64,000 nt of DNA, from NCBI GenBank assembly GCA_913060975.1, contig CAJXVC010000013.1:1536-65535 (forward strand). Reading direction: 5' to 3'. Below, piece after piece: positions 30,791-38,436 of this stretch. The number at the start of each line of letters is the position of its first letter. Position 1 is the stretch's first letter. This DNA is from an uncultured Gammaproteobacteria bacterium (lineage in GTDB: Bacteria > Pseudomonadota > Gammaproteobacteria > Pseudomonadales > Pseudohongiellaceae). The notes beneath the pieces were generated by a model that made no database searches, was not told the origin of the DNA, and saw only the letters and a program-made list of their open reading frames with translations. Made by a program: the position numbers and the translations under genes.

Positions 30791-31798
30791 CTAAAGCAAC
30801 CCATCAAAGCGAGCCTTGGAACCTTCGATGTAATCTTCATTGGCTTCTACACTAATCCAGAACCTGTTTAGCGATTCAGAAGAAGCGCCAGTGGTATTGC
30901 TACCACCAAAGGGATCTAAAACTATGTCATTCTCGTCGGTTAAGAAATTGATGAAGAACTCCGCGATCGCACGAGGCATTCTGGCTGGATGAGGAGTCAG
31001 TTTTTTCTTTTTACAATACTGTTGGTAACGGTCTCTAGACAAAGTATTTCCGTGAGTCAGTACACTACCAGAAATCGCTCCGCCATGATCAGCCAAGAAT
31101 GATGTACTACCTATGTCATGTTCAGATGCGCGCTTACCAGAATTATAGCTTCCCCGCGCTAAAAGCTTTTTCATAGAGTCGCTATATTCCGTAAGCACTT
31201 TCCGGTTATCTGCTTTTGGCTTCTCATTTGGAGACATCCACCAAATTTTTGTAAAACTATCCTTTACTCTAACCCTATCAATCGTTACCCACTGGGCAGG
31301 CGTCGGTAGCTTAGCGGGATTATTCCAAATAAATTCTTGGCATAAATGCAGATCGTTTCGATCCAAAAATTCCAGAAGAGATCGAATGGCGAGAGTTGAC
31401 ATTGTGGGCGAGCCCTTCTCCCAAGAATTGCCAACTTCAATTACTATTGATCCTTTGGGTCTCAAAAGCGATTTAAAAATAGGGCCAAATTTACAAAGCC
31501 ATTCGATATAGTCCTCGCCTTGCAAATTTCCATATTTCTTTTTTCGGTTTAGAGGAAATGGCGGAGATGTAAAAATGAGATCTATCTTTCCTTCAAATTT
31601 TCCAAAGTAGCTACTAGATAACACCTCTTCAGAACGACCGCATAACATAGCTCCCTTTTCTGTTCTATATGCTCTATTTGCACATGGTCTCCCTGAAAAA
31701 AGCAAATTTCGATTCCGTTCTTCCTTTTTCAATCTGTTCACCACCAATCTGAGTTCTCGCGTAGAACCTACGCTTTCCTTATCAAATGAAATTTCCAC
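30791..31798 (-). CDS. Beta-class DNA amino-methyltransferase (N4-cytosine or N6-adenine)
   Basis: 335 aa. Motif IV DLIFTSPPFPL lies near the N-terminus and motif I DIVLDPFGGSNTTG near the C-terminus (order IV then I = beta class). It is the first gene of the island operon. Confidence 0.8.
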   Translation of the reverse strand: MEISFDKESVGSTRELRLVVNRLKKEERNRNLLFSGRPCANRAYRTEKGAMLCGRSEEVLSSSYFGKFEGKIDLIFTSPPFPLNRKKKYGNLQGEDYIEWLCKFGPIFKSLLRPKGSIVIEVGNSWEKGSPTMSTLAIRSLLEFLDRNDLHLCQEFIWNNPAKLPTPAQWVTIDRVRVKDSFTKIWWMSPNEKPKADNRKVLTEYSDSMKKLLARGSYNSGKRASEHDIGSTSFLADHGGAISGSVLTHGNTLSRDRYQQYCKKKKLTPHPARMPRAIAEFFINFLTDENDIVLDPFGGSNTTGASSESLNRFWISVEANEDYIEGSKARFDGLL

Positions 31799-32103
31799 AA
31801 ATGAATTTCAATACCTTACTATAAAAATCGGCTAGAATTTCTTAGATGCAACATACTTCTCACCAACTTTTTTAAAACCCTGTCTGCAATCTATGGCCGT
31901 GTAGAATCTAGACATCCTAGTCTTACTATAGATTAAGAAGCCAAAGTAGGTATAACAGTATACTAGACAAGCTGTTATTTCCTTTCGAATCGCTATATTA
32001 GTGGTTTTCCTAAATGAGTAACATACCAAAATGACAGTATTTTCGTAGGCATATAGAAGCCGATACTCACCGCATATGCTTCTATATCAATAGGCTACAT
32101 ACA

Positions 32104-32140
32104 TAGTTCAATTCTCCCCAGCTCCACAAAATAAAAAAGG
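32104..32140. repeat. Right copy of the island-flanking direct repeat (displaced tmRNA 3'-end fragment)
   Basis: See 27036-27073. Directly followed by a terminator hairpin. Confidence 0.7.
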
Positions 32141-32166
32141 CACCTCAAAGAGGTGCCTTTTTTGGT
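32135..32166 (-). terminator. Rho-independent terminator downstream of the truncated methyltransferase copy
   Basis: AAAGGCACCTC-AAA-GAGGTGCCTTT with U-runs on both strands. A homologous hairpin lies at 36152-36178. Confidence 0.7.
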
Positions 32167-32221
32167 TCAGCCCTAAGCGATATCCGCTGGGAGGACCGTT
32201 TTAGCAATCGCCGAAACCCGA

Positions 32222-32728
32222 TTACTCCGGCTTACGAAACTTCAACACAAAGCGATCCGTATTGCCCTGCACACCACTGGTACCCACTTCCTGCGTCAGG
32301 TCGTCTTCAGGGTGGTAATGCATATCACTGAAATCCACAAACTCAAAGCCAACGGCTTCCATTTCCTTGATGACCAATACCGGATCAAGTCGTCGTCCGG
32401 TGGCTCGTGTTGTTGGCTGGTTGTGGCGTCGCGTGTGATCAACCGCGCCGTAGATGCCGCCAGGCTTTAGCGCGTCGAAGATAGCGACGCTCATATTCTC
32501 GCGGTCTTCAGCCGATGGGTTGTGGAGATTCCAGAAGGTGAGCACCAAGTCGAAATCGCTGTCATCGAATTCAAACTCGGGGATATTGCCGAGATTGACC
32601 GCATCGTTGATTGCCGATGTGCAATCCATGCCATCCATCGTCATGACATTGCTTTTGAAGCTGTCGCTTACCCCCACAGAAAAAACCAGTTCCCCACCAC
32701 TGCTACACAGCACCGGCGCAAGAAACTT
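32222..32728 (-). pseudogene. 5'-truncated duplicate of the secreted SAM-methyltransferase-like gene at 36239-36976
   Basis: Collinear with 36239-36745 at a constant 4017-nt offset, with about a dozen substitutions. Lacks the signal peptide and the first ~77 codons. The track ORF start (32776) lies in unrelated sequence. Confidence 0.75.
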
Positions 32729-32739
32729 AATCAGAGGGT

Positions 32740-32844
32740 GGGGACACCAATAAAATAGTAAGACAGCGCCAAGCATTGTAGTAAAGCCAACATCATGGAG
32801 TTTGTGGAGATGGAAGGTTAATTTACTATTTTATTGGTGTCCCC
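32740..32844. mobile_element. 105-bp element with perfect 22-bp terminal inverted repeats (MITE or IS-end remnant)
   Basis: GGGGACACCAATAAAATAGTAA at 32740-32761 is the exact reverse complement of 32823-32844. It lies 12 nt beyond the duplication breakpoint. No transposase ORF inside. Confidence 0.6.
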
Positions 32845-32882
32845 TTTTCTCATTTTGATCGCTCTTGATCGGGCTTGACCGC

Positions 32883-34856
32883 TCAGATTTCACCATTCGC
32901 CTGTTGGACGTCAATTGCCGTCTGAGGTTCCATACTCCGACAAAGCAAAACACCCACCACCGCAGCTACACCACCACTAGCTAGTAGCACCACCTGCGAG
33001 ACATCCAAACCAATAACATCAAGGCTTGGCATAGCGATCAGACCGCCTCCGATTACCATGAGCACTCGGCCGAGAATGGCGACGGCGCCGGTGGCAGCCA
33101 ACATGCCCACGCCCACCAGATAGTGTTGCAACGCCGATGCAATTAACACGATGCCTGCCGCCACCTTGGCAGTGAAAAACAGCGTTTGTGTCCAACTGCC
33201 GCCCATCACCAGTGCTGGTTCCAGCACGAAGAAAAACGGGATGAAGTAAATGATGCTGCCCAGGCGCATGGCCTTGAAGCCGGTGGTCAGCGCTGACGCG
33301 CCGGCGATGCTGGCAGCGGCGAAGGCACCGAGGGCTACCGGAGGCGTGATGAAGGACAGCATGCCCCAGTAGAGAATGAACAGATGCACACTCATGGGAT
33401 CCAGTCCGCCTTGTATCAGCGCCGGTGCCAGTATGATGGCGAGGAATACATAGGCTGCGGTGACTGTCATACCGATGCCCAACAGAAAACTGCTGAACGC
33501 GCCCATTATTAACAACAGTAATGTGGAGTCGCCGGCCAGGTACAACAGATCATTCACCAAGGTGCCGGATAAGCCGGTGACAGATAGCGCGCCGACAATG
33601 AGCCCTACTCCGGCCATGATGGTTAACAGCTCCATTAACAATTTGCCGGTGGCGACCAGGAATGCACCTAGCTCTTTCAGGTTCCAGCGGTGGTCGGTAG
33701 AGAACTGGTTCAGCACCAACAGCAGGCCAGTGGCAATAAAAGGTGCGATGGCCTCTCGTTGCAGATACACCAACAAGAAGATCAGCACAGCGAATGCGAC
33801 CAGATAAAACCAGCCCTGCTTCATGGTCCCTGCCAGGCTCGGCAGTTCTTCGCGAGGCGTGCCTTTTAAGCCCTTGCGCGCGGCGTAAGCATCAACCTGA
33901 ACAAACAGTCCAAAAAAGTACAGCAGTGCGGGGATGGCTGCAGCCAGTGCCACGGTGGTGTAAGGCACATTAAGAAACGTCGCCATAACAAAGGCGGTGG
34001 AGCCCATGATCGGCGGCAGTAACACCCCACCGGTTGACGCGCAGGCTTCGATACCGGCGGCGTATTCTTTCTCGAGGCCGTTCTTGCGCATGGCCGGAAT
34101 GGTCATCTGGCCCGTGGTGAGCACGTTGGTAATCACACTACCGCTCATGGAACCCATCAGGCCGCTGGACACTATCGCTACTTTGGCCGAGCCGCCGCGC
34201 ACATGGCCGAACATGGCGAAGGCCAGATTAATAAAAAAGCGCCCGCCGCCGGTTTGTTGCAGTGCGATGCCGAAAATGAGAAAGCCGATGACCAGTTGCG
34301 CGAAGGCGCGGAACGGCAGTCCCAACACACTCTCGATGCTCATTACGTGATAGGCCGCAGTCTCGCCTGGCGAAGATGCCATGCCGGAGATGGGCCCGGG
34401 CAGGCTTTCGGCAAACATGGGATAGAGCGAGAACACCAGTACGAGACAGAACAATACCCAACCGCCGGTGCGGCGCACTGCTTCCATGATGAGTATCCAC
34501 AACACATAGCTTACCCACACTGCATAGGTAGGTGCGGCGAACTCCCAGCCGAAATCCAGCATGGTCTCGGCATTGATAAAGAAGAATAAGCAGGCACCGA
34601 ATACGGCCAGACTGAGCACCGCGTCGAACCAGATGCTCTTCGGGTTTTTGAAGGTGGGGTTAAGCAAAAAGCATAGCGGCAGGAGTAAACCGATCAGAGC
34701 ATAGTAGTAATGGTTTTGAACGGTGATGACGAAATCCAGCAGCGGGGTGCCGCCGAACAGTCGCAGGGCATCCATCGCCAGAAAGGCACTGCCGACTGCG
34801 GCAGTGCCTGTGAGCCAACGTAGCGGCGTTGGCAGTTCACCCTGAATATATGCCAC
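32883..34856 (-). CDS. TRAP transporter fused permease (DctQ/DctM-type, TAXI-associated)
   Basis: 657 aa, highly hydrophobic with many TM helices. GTG start overlaps the stop of the upstream solute-binding gene (TAGTG). Confidence 0.7.
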   Translation of the reverse strand: MAYIQGELPTPLRWLTGTAAVGSAFLAMDALRLFGGTPLLDFVITVQNHYYYALIGLLLPLCFLLNPTFKNPKSIWFDAVLSLAVFGACLFFFINAETMLDFGWEFAAPTYAVWVSYVLWILIMEAVRRTGGWVLFCLVLVFSLYPMFAESLPGPISGMASSPGETAAYHVMSIESVLGLPFRAFAQLVIGFLIFGIALQQTGGGRFFINLAFAMFGHVRGGSAKVAIVSSGLMGSMSGSVITNVLTTGQMTIPAMRKNGLEKEYAAGIEACASTGGVLLPPIMGSTAFVMATFLNVPYTTVALAAAIPALLYFFGLFVQVDAYAARKGLKGTPREELPSLAGTMKQGWFYLVAFAVLIFLLVYLQREAIAPFIATGLLLVLNQFSTDHRWNLKELGAFLVATGKLLMELLTIMAGVGLIVGALSVTGLSGTLVNDLLYLAGDSTLLLLIMGAFSSFLLGIGMTVTAAYVFLAIILAPALIQGGLDPMSVHLFILYWGMLSFITPPVALGAFAAASIAGASALTTGFKAMRLGSIIYFIPFFFVLEPALVMGGSWTQTLFFTAKVAAGIVLIASALQHYLVGVGMLAATGAVAILGRVLMVIGGGLIAMPSLDVIGLDVSQVVLLASGGVAAVVGVLLCRSMEPQTAIDVQQANGEI

Positions 34857-36046
34857 TAGCGCCAGACCGGATCGAAGCCGGCTGCTTCCAGTCGCTGGCC
34901 GCGGAGTCGCTGCCAGGCGGCGGCGAATTCTTCCCGGCCGCTAACATTCTGGTCGGCCATTTCGGCCCAGGCCTCGGCCAGTACTTGCTGGCGTTGAATT
35001 AGTCGCTGGTTATGGGCCTCGAACTCGTTGGTCCATATGCCCACCTCGCGCCAGTAGGCCACGGCTCCTTCGTGATACGGTACGACCCAATCAAATACCT
35101 GCAGCTCCACTGCCCAGCCGATGGCGCCGGGATCGGAGTCTTTGAAGTCGTCATAGTTCTCGTTGATTACCCGGGTGACCGAATACACCAGATCTCTGTC
35201 TTGCGAAGCCAGTGCGGTTAGTAAAGGATAGGGATAGGTGCCGGCCTCATGGGGATTACTATCGCTGATGCCAGCCCCTCGGGTCGCAGTATGTTTGGTG
35301 AAGTACGGTCCTATAGCCTGCAGGCGCTGCCAGCATTCGGCGTCGTCATGAGGTGCAGGCAACCAGTTCACGCCACGCGGGGAAGCTTCAAGCCGAAACG
35401 GGGGCCCCGACACTGTAGTGCCAAATGCCACATCAACATCGCCGTTGATTAGCCCATTCCACGCGGCGTCGTAGCCAGGGAAATCCACGCGCTCCACATC
35501 GTCCCAGGTTAGTCCACCACAGGCCAGATAGGCTTCCATGGAAATGTTCAGTGCCGGTGCAGCCCGCACATAAGGCACGCGGTGCCCGCGCAGGTCGGCG
35601 AAACTGGTCGCGCCAATATCGGCGGCCGCGGCCACGGCCTGATTACTCAAGCCATTGGAACTCATCAACAGCCGCAATGGCTGAGGGCCCCATTCTTCGT
35701 TGGCAAATTGAAACATGCCTTCCTGGGCCAGATAGGTGGCCACACCATTGGCTGTGAACTCTACGCGGCCAGTTTTGAGGGGCAACAGGCGGGAGACATC
35801 GTTTTGCCCGGGTATCACCCGCAGCGTAACGTTGTAGCGCTCGCGCAACATGGCGCCGATGGCTACAGCCTGATTGTAACCGGTGGTGCCCAGATTATAG
35901 GCCGTCCACGCCATCTGCCGCGGCAGCTGTGGCTCGGCGGGTTGCGCCGTGGCGATGCCGGCAAGGCTGCCTGCGGCGAGCAATGTGCTGAGATGAATTG
36001 TAGTGATTTTCGAAAAAATGAACGATTTCAGGTGCTTTAAAAACAC
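34856..36046 (-). CDS. TAXI-family TRAP transporter solute-binding protein
   Basis: 396 aa with a signal peptide. TTGYNQAVAIGAMLRERYNVTLRVIPGQNDVSRLLPLKTGRVEFTANG matches the TAXI receptor pattern as I remember it. Confidence 0.65.
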   Translation of the reverse strand: MFLKHLKSFIFSKITTIHLSTLLAAGSLAGIATAQPAEPQLPRQMAWTAYNLGTTGYNQAVAIGAMLRERYNVTLRVIPGQNDVSRLLPLKTGRVEFTANGVATYLAQEGMFQFANEEWGPQPLRLLMSSNGLSNQAVAAAADIGATSFADLRGHRVPYVRAAPALNISMEAYLACGGLTWDDVERVDFPGYDAAWNGLINGDVDVAFGTTVSGPPFRLEASPRGVNWLPAPHDDAECWQRLQAIGPYFTKHTATRGAGISDSNPHEAGTYPYPLLTALASQDRDLVYSVTRVINENYDDFKDSDPGAIGWAVELQVFDWVVPYHEGAVAYWREVGIWTNEFEAHNQRLIQRQQVLAEAWAEMADQNVSGREEFAAAWQRLRGQRLEAAGFDPVWR

Positions 36047-36151
36047 TCTTATTCTCCTGAAAGGATTTGGACACTGCGGGGAAAAATAATAACAGGAAAG
36101 CCGTGGGGCTTCCCACGCCTTTTCATTTTCATTGCTATCTGGATCAGTTAA

Positions 36152-36178
36152 AAAGGCACCTCAATGAAGTGCCTTTTC
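36152..36178 (-). terminator. Rho-independent terminator downstream of the intact methyltransferase-like gene
   Basis: AGGCAC-loop-GTGCCT with flanking A/T runs. Paralogous to 32135-32166. Confidence 0.6.
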
Positions 36179-36238
36179 TAATTTATTTAGCCCCACCCCG
36201 GATTCACTGAGAGGTCAACTTCTACTACCGGAAATCCG

Positions 36239-36976
36239 TTATTCCGGCTTGCGAAACTTCAACACAAAGCGATCCGTATTGCCCTGCACACCACTGGTAC
36301 CCACTTCCTGCGTCAGGTCGTCTTCAGGGTGGTAATGCATATCACTGAAATCCACAAACTCAAAGCCAACGGCTTCCATTTCCTTGATGACCAATACCGG
36401 ATCAAGTCGTCGTCCGGTGGCTCGTGTTGTTGGCTGGTTGTGGCGTCGCGTGTGATCAACCGCGCCGTAGATGCCGCCAGGCTTTAGCGCGTCGAAGATA
36501 GCGACGCTCATATTCTCGCGGTCTTCAGCCGATGGGTTGTGGAGATTCCAGAAGGTGAGCACTAAGTCGAAATCGCTGTCATCGAATTCAAACTCGGGGA
36601 TACTGCCCAGATTGACCGCATCATTGATTGCCGATGTGCAATCCATGCCATCCATTGTCATGACATTGCTTTTAAAGCTGTCACTGACACCCACAGAAAA
36701 AACCAGTTCCCCACCACTGCTACACAGCACAGGCGCAAGAAACTTGGACCAGTAGCCTGTGGCTGGAGAAATTTCCAGTACTTTCATATCGTCTTCAAGG
36801 CCAAAGAATTCGAGCACTTCGGCTGGCTTGCGATTGGCGTCGCGGGCAATTTCAGCCGCCTCGCGATTGCTGTTACTCAGGCTCTGTTCGATCTTCATTC
36901 GTGTTGCGCTAGCATCTGCTGCCCAAAGCTGGGTGCTGATTAACAATGTAGCTCCGGCTACAACCAGATTTTTCAT
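36239..36976 (-). CDS. Secreted class I SAM-dependent methyltransferase-like protein
   Basis: 245 aa. Signal peptide MKNLVVAGATLLISTQLWAADA, motif-I-like VLEISPATGYWSKFLAP, then LKPGGIYGAVDH. Confidence 0.6.
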   Translation of the reverse strand: MKNLVVAGATLLISTQLWAADASATRMKIEQSLSNSNREAAEIARDANRKPAEVLEFFGLEDDMKVLEISPATGYWSKFLAPVLCSSGGELVFSVGVSDSFKSNVMTMDGMDCTSAINDAVNLGSIPEFEFDDSDFDLVLTFWNLHNPSAEDRENMSVAIFDALKPGGIYGAVDHTRRHNQPTTRATGRRLDPVLVIKEMEAVGFEFVDFSDMHYHPEDDLTQEVGTSGVQGNTDRFVLKFRKPE

Positions 36977-37043
36977 GCGATGTTCTCCAATTAAAGATTG
37001 TTAGTTCGGTTATTTTCTTAACGCTGTGCTTAAAAAAGGATTC

Positions 37044-38015
37044 TTAAAAGTTACGTCGATGCCACTCGATTAGACCTCTTCCGATGGCTTGCGGATTGTC
37101 TTCCTGAATATAATGACCACCATAGCCCACGAAATCGATTTCCACATTTGCATAGTTGTCACGCATCCATTCGGCGGCTGCCGGGCCGCCTAACGCGCCG
37201 GGAGCGGCGTACTGTACCAGTTTTGGCTGCGGTGACTGGCTTAGCCACTGGCCGATGTTTTCAATCACCGTGACATTGCGCGCAGGCTCTCCTGCTATCG
37301 GTAGTTCGTTGGGCCAGACATAAATCGGAAAACGCGATTCCGGGTCAGTGAAAGGCTCGCGATAGACATTCTTTTCAGCATCACTCATGGTGCGCGTTCG
37401 CGTGCCACCGAGCAAGATATTCTCGACAAATTGATTCTGGTTGATCAACAGCTCTCTGCCGTTGTCAGGGTTGCGAAAGTTGGCAAAAAAGCCAGACTCT
37501 TCCATAGGAAATGTGGGAGGAATAAGCGCCTCCATCATCGCTACGCCTTTGACGTTATCAGGGTTTTCCATCGCATAATTCAAACCAAGCACAGATCCCC
37601 AGTCGTGAATGACCAGAATAATGTCTTCGAGGTTTTGCGCTTCGATAAACTTTTCAATGTAGTCGTAATGAGTCTGAAACGTGTAATCCAGATCCCGCGG
37701 CTGATCGGACTGGCCAAAGCCAATATTGTCCACGGCCACAATGCGATGATGGGGCTCTACATAGCGCATCACATTGCGCCATAGATAGGATGAGGTGGGG
37801 TTGCCGTGCAGAAACAAGAAGGTATCGCCTTCGGGATTGCCTTGATCGATGTAGTGCAGTGTGTGGCCGTTGATTTCGACAAATCGCGAGGTATAGGGAA
37901 ACTCTGCTGAAAATACGCCCGCTCGCGGATCAGCATCCTGTTGTGCCACGGCCGCTTGGCTAACAATAAATACCGAGCTCGCCAGAAGGATCTGAATCAG
38001 TGTTGTTCTAGCCAT
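37044..38015 (-). CDS. Haloalkane dehalogenase-like alpha/beta hydrolase with a signal peptide
   Basis: Start taken at MARTTLIQILLASSVFIVSQAAVAQQ. FLFLHGNPTSSYLWRNV and VIHDWGSVLG (nucleophile Asp-Trp) are HLD-II signatures. Confidence 0.75.
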   Translation of the reverse strand: MARTTLIQILLASSVFIVSQAAVAQQDADPRAGVFSAEFPYTSRFVEINGHTLHYIDQGNPEGDTFLFLHGNPTSSYLWRNVMRYVEPHHRIVAVDNIGFGQSDQPRDLDYTFQTHYDYIEKFIEAQNLEDIILVIHDWGSVLGLNYAMENPDNVKGVAMMEALIPPTFPMEESGFFANFRNPDNGRELLINQNQFVENILLGGTRTRTMSDAEKNVYREPFTDPESRFPIYVWPNELPIAGEPARNVTVIENIGQWLSQSPQPKLVQYAAPGALGGPAAAEWMRDNYANVEIDFVGYGGHYIQEDNPQAIGRGLIEWHRRNF

Positions 38016-38436
38016 GCGTTTGCTCCATGCGCTGCTTTCGGGGATCGCAATAATCAAAATGGTCTGCCTGTTACCGACACTATCAAAAGCAGACTACTAC
38101 CAGACAGGATGATTGCTGCTTTTTGTTCAGGCTTTTTATTCAAACCTGCTTATCTGAATCTACTTATTGCAACCTACTTATTTAAACCTGCTTCTTTCAA
38201 CGAGCTTTTTCTTACCATTTGGTCATATCACGTGGCACAAATAGCGCGGTAAATAGCTACCCCGGAAAGTCTGTTTCTTGGTCGCGAAATAGTATCTCGC
38301 AAAATATGGCACAGTCCCATGAATACCCAGCATTTTTAAGCTAGTGACCCTCGCCTGCGTGATAGTCGGATTGTCCTAGCGCATGGCCGTGGTCAATGCT
38401 AACTTCTTTGCGTAACACAGCCCCTCAGGAGGAGTG

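Larger units (their letters stand above)
27061..32103. mobile_element. ~5-kb low-GC genomic island inserted at the 3' end of ssrA (integrase-less remnant)
   Basis: Visibly AT-rich relative to the flanks. Bounded by an imperfect direct repeat of the tmRNA 3' end. Contains only the four-gene methyltransferase/helicase/orphan/GHKL operon. No integrase or transposase ORF in any frame. Confidence 0.7.

Noticed and set aside
31832-32029. 65-aa minus-strand ORF upstream of the island methyltransferase (possible controller protein)
   Set aside because: It shows no helix-turn-helix pattern and no Shine-Dalgarno, and it is rich in Cys/Tyr/Phe. It is more likely promoter/leader DNA of the operon. It would be worth re-checking if transcript data exist.
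27061-32140. Search for an integrase, excisionase or transposase in or next to the ssrA island
   Set aside because: No ORF with tyrosine-recombinase (R..HxxR..Y) or DDE features was found in any frame. The absence is recorded under the island finding rather than called as a feature.
38231-38245. Sigma-54-like TGGCAC-N5-..GC element upstream of the first PQQ dehydrogenase
   Set aside because: The GG-N10-GC spacing fits, but the -12 TTGC is replaced by GCGC. There is no enhancer-binding-protein gene nearby, so the evidence is too weak.
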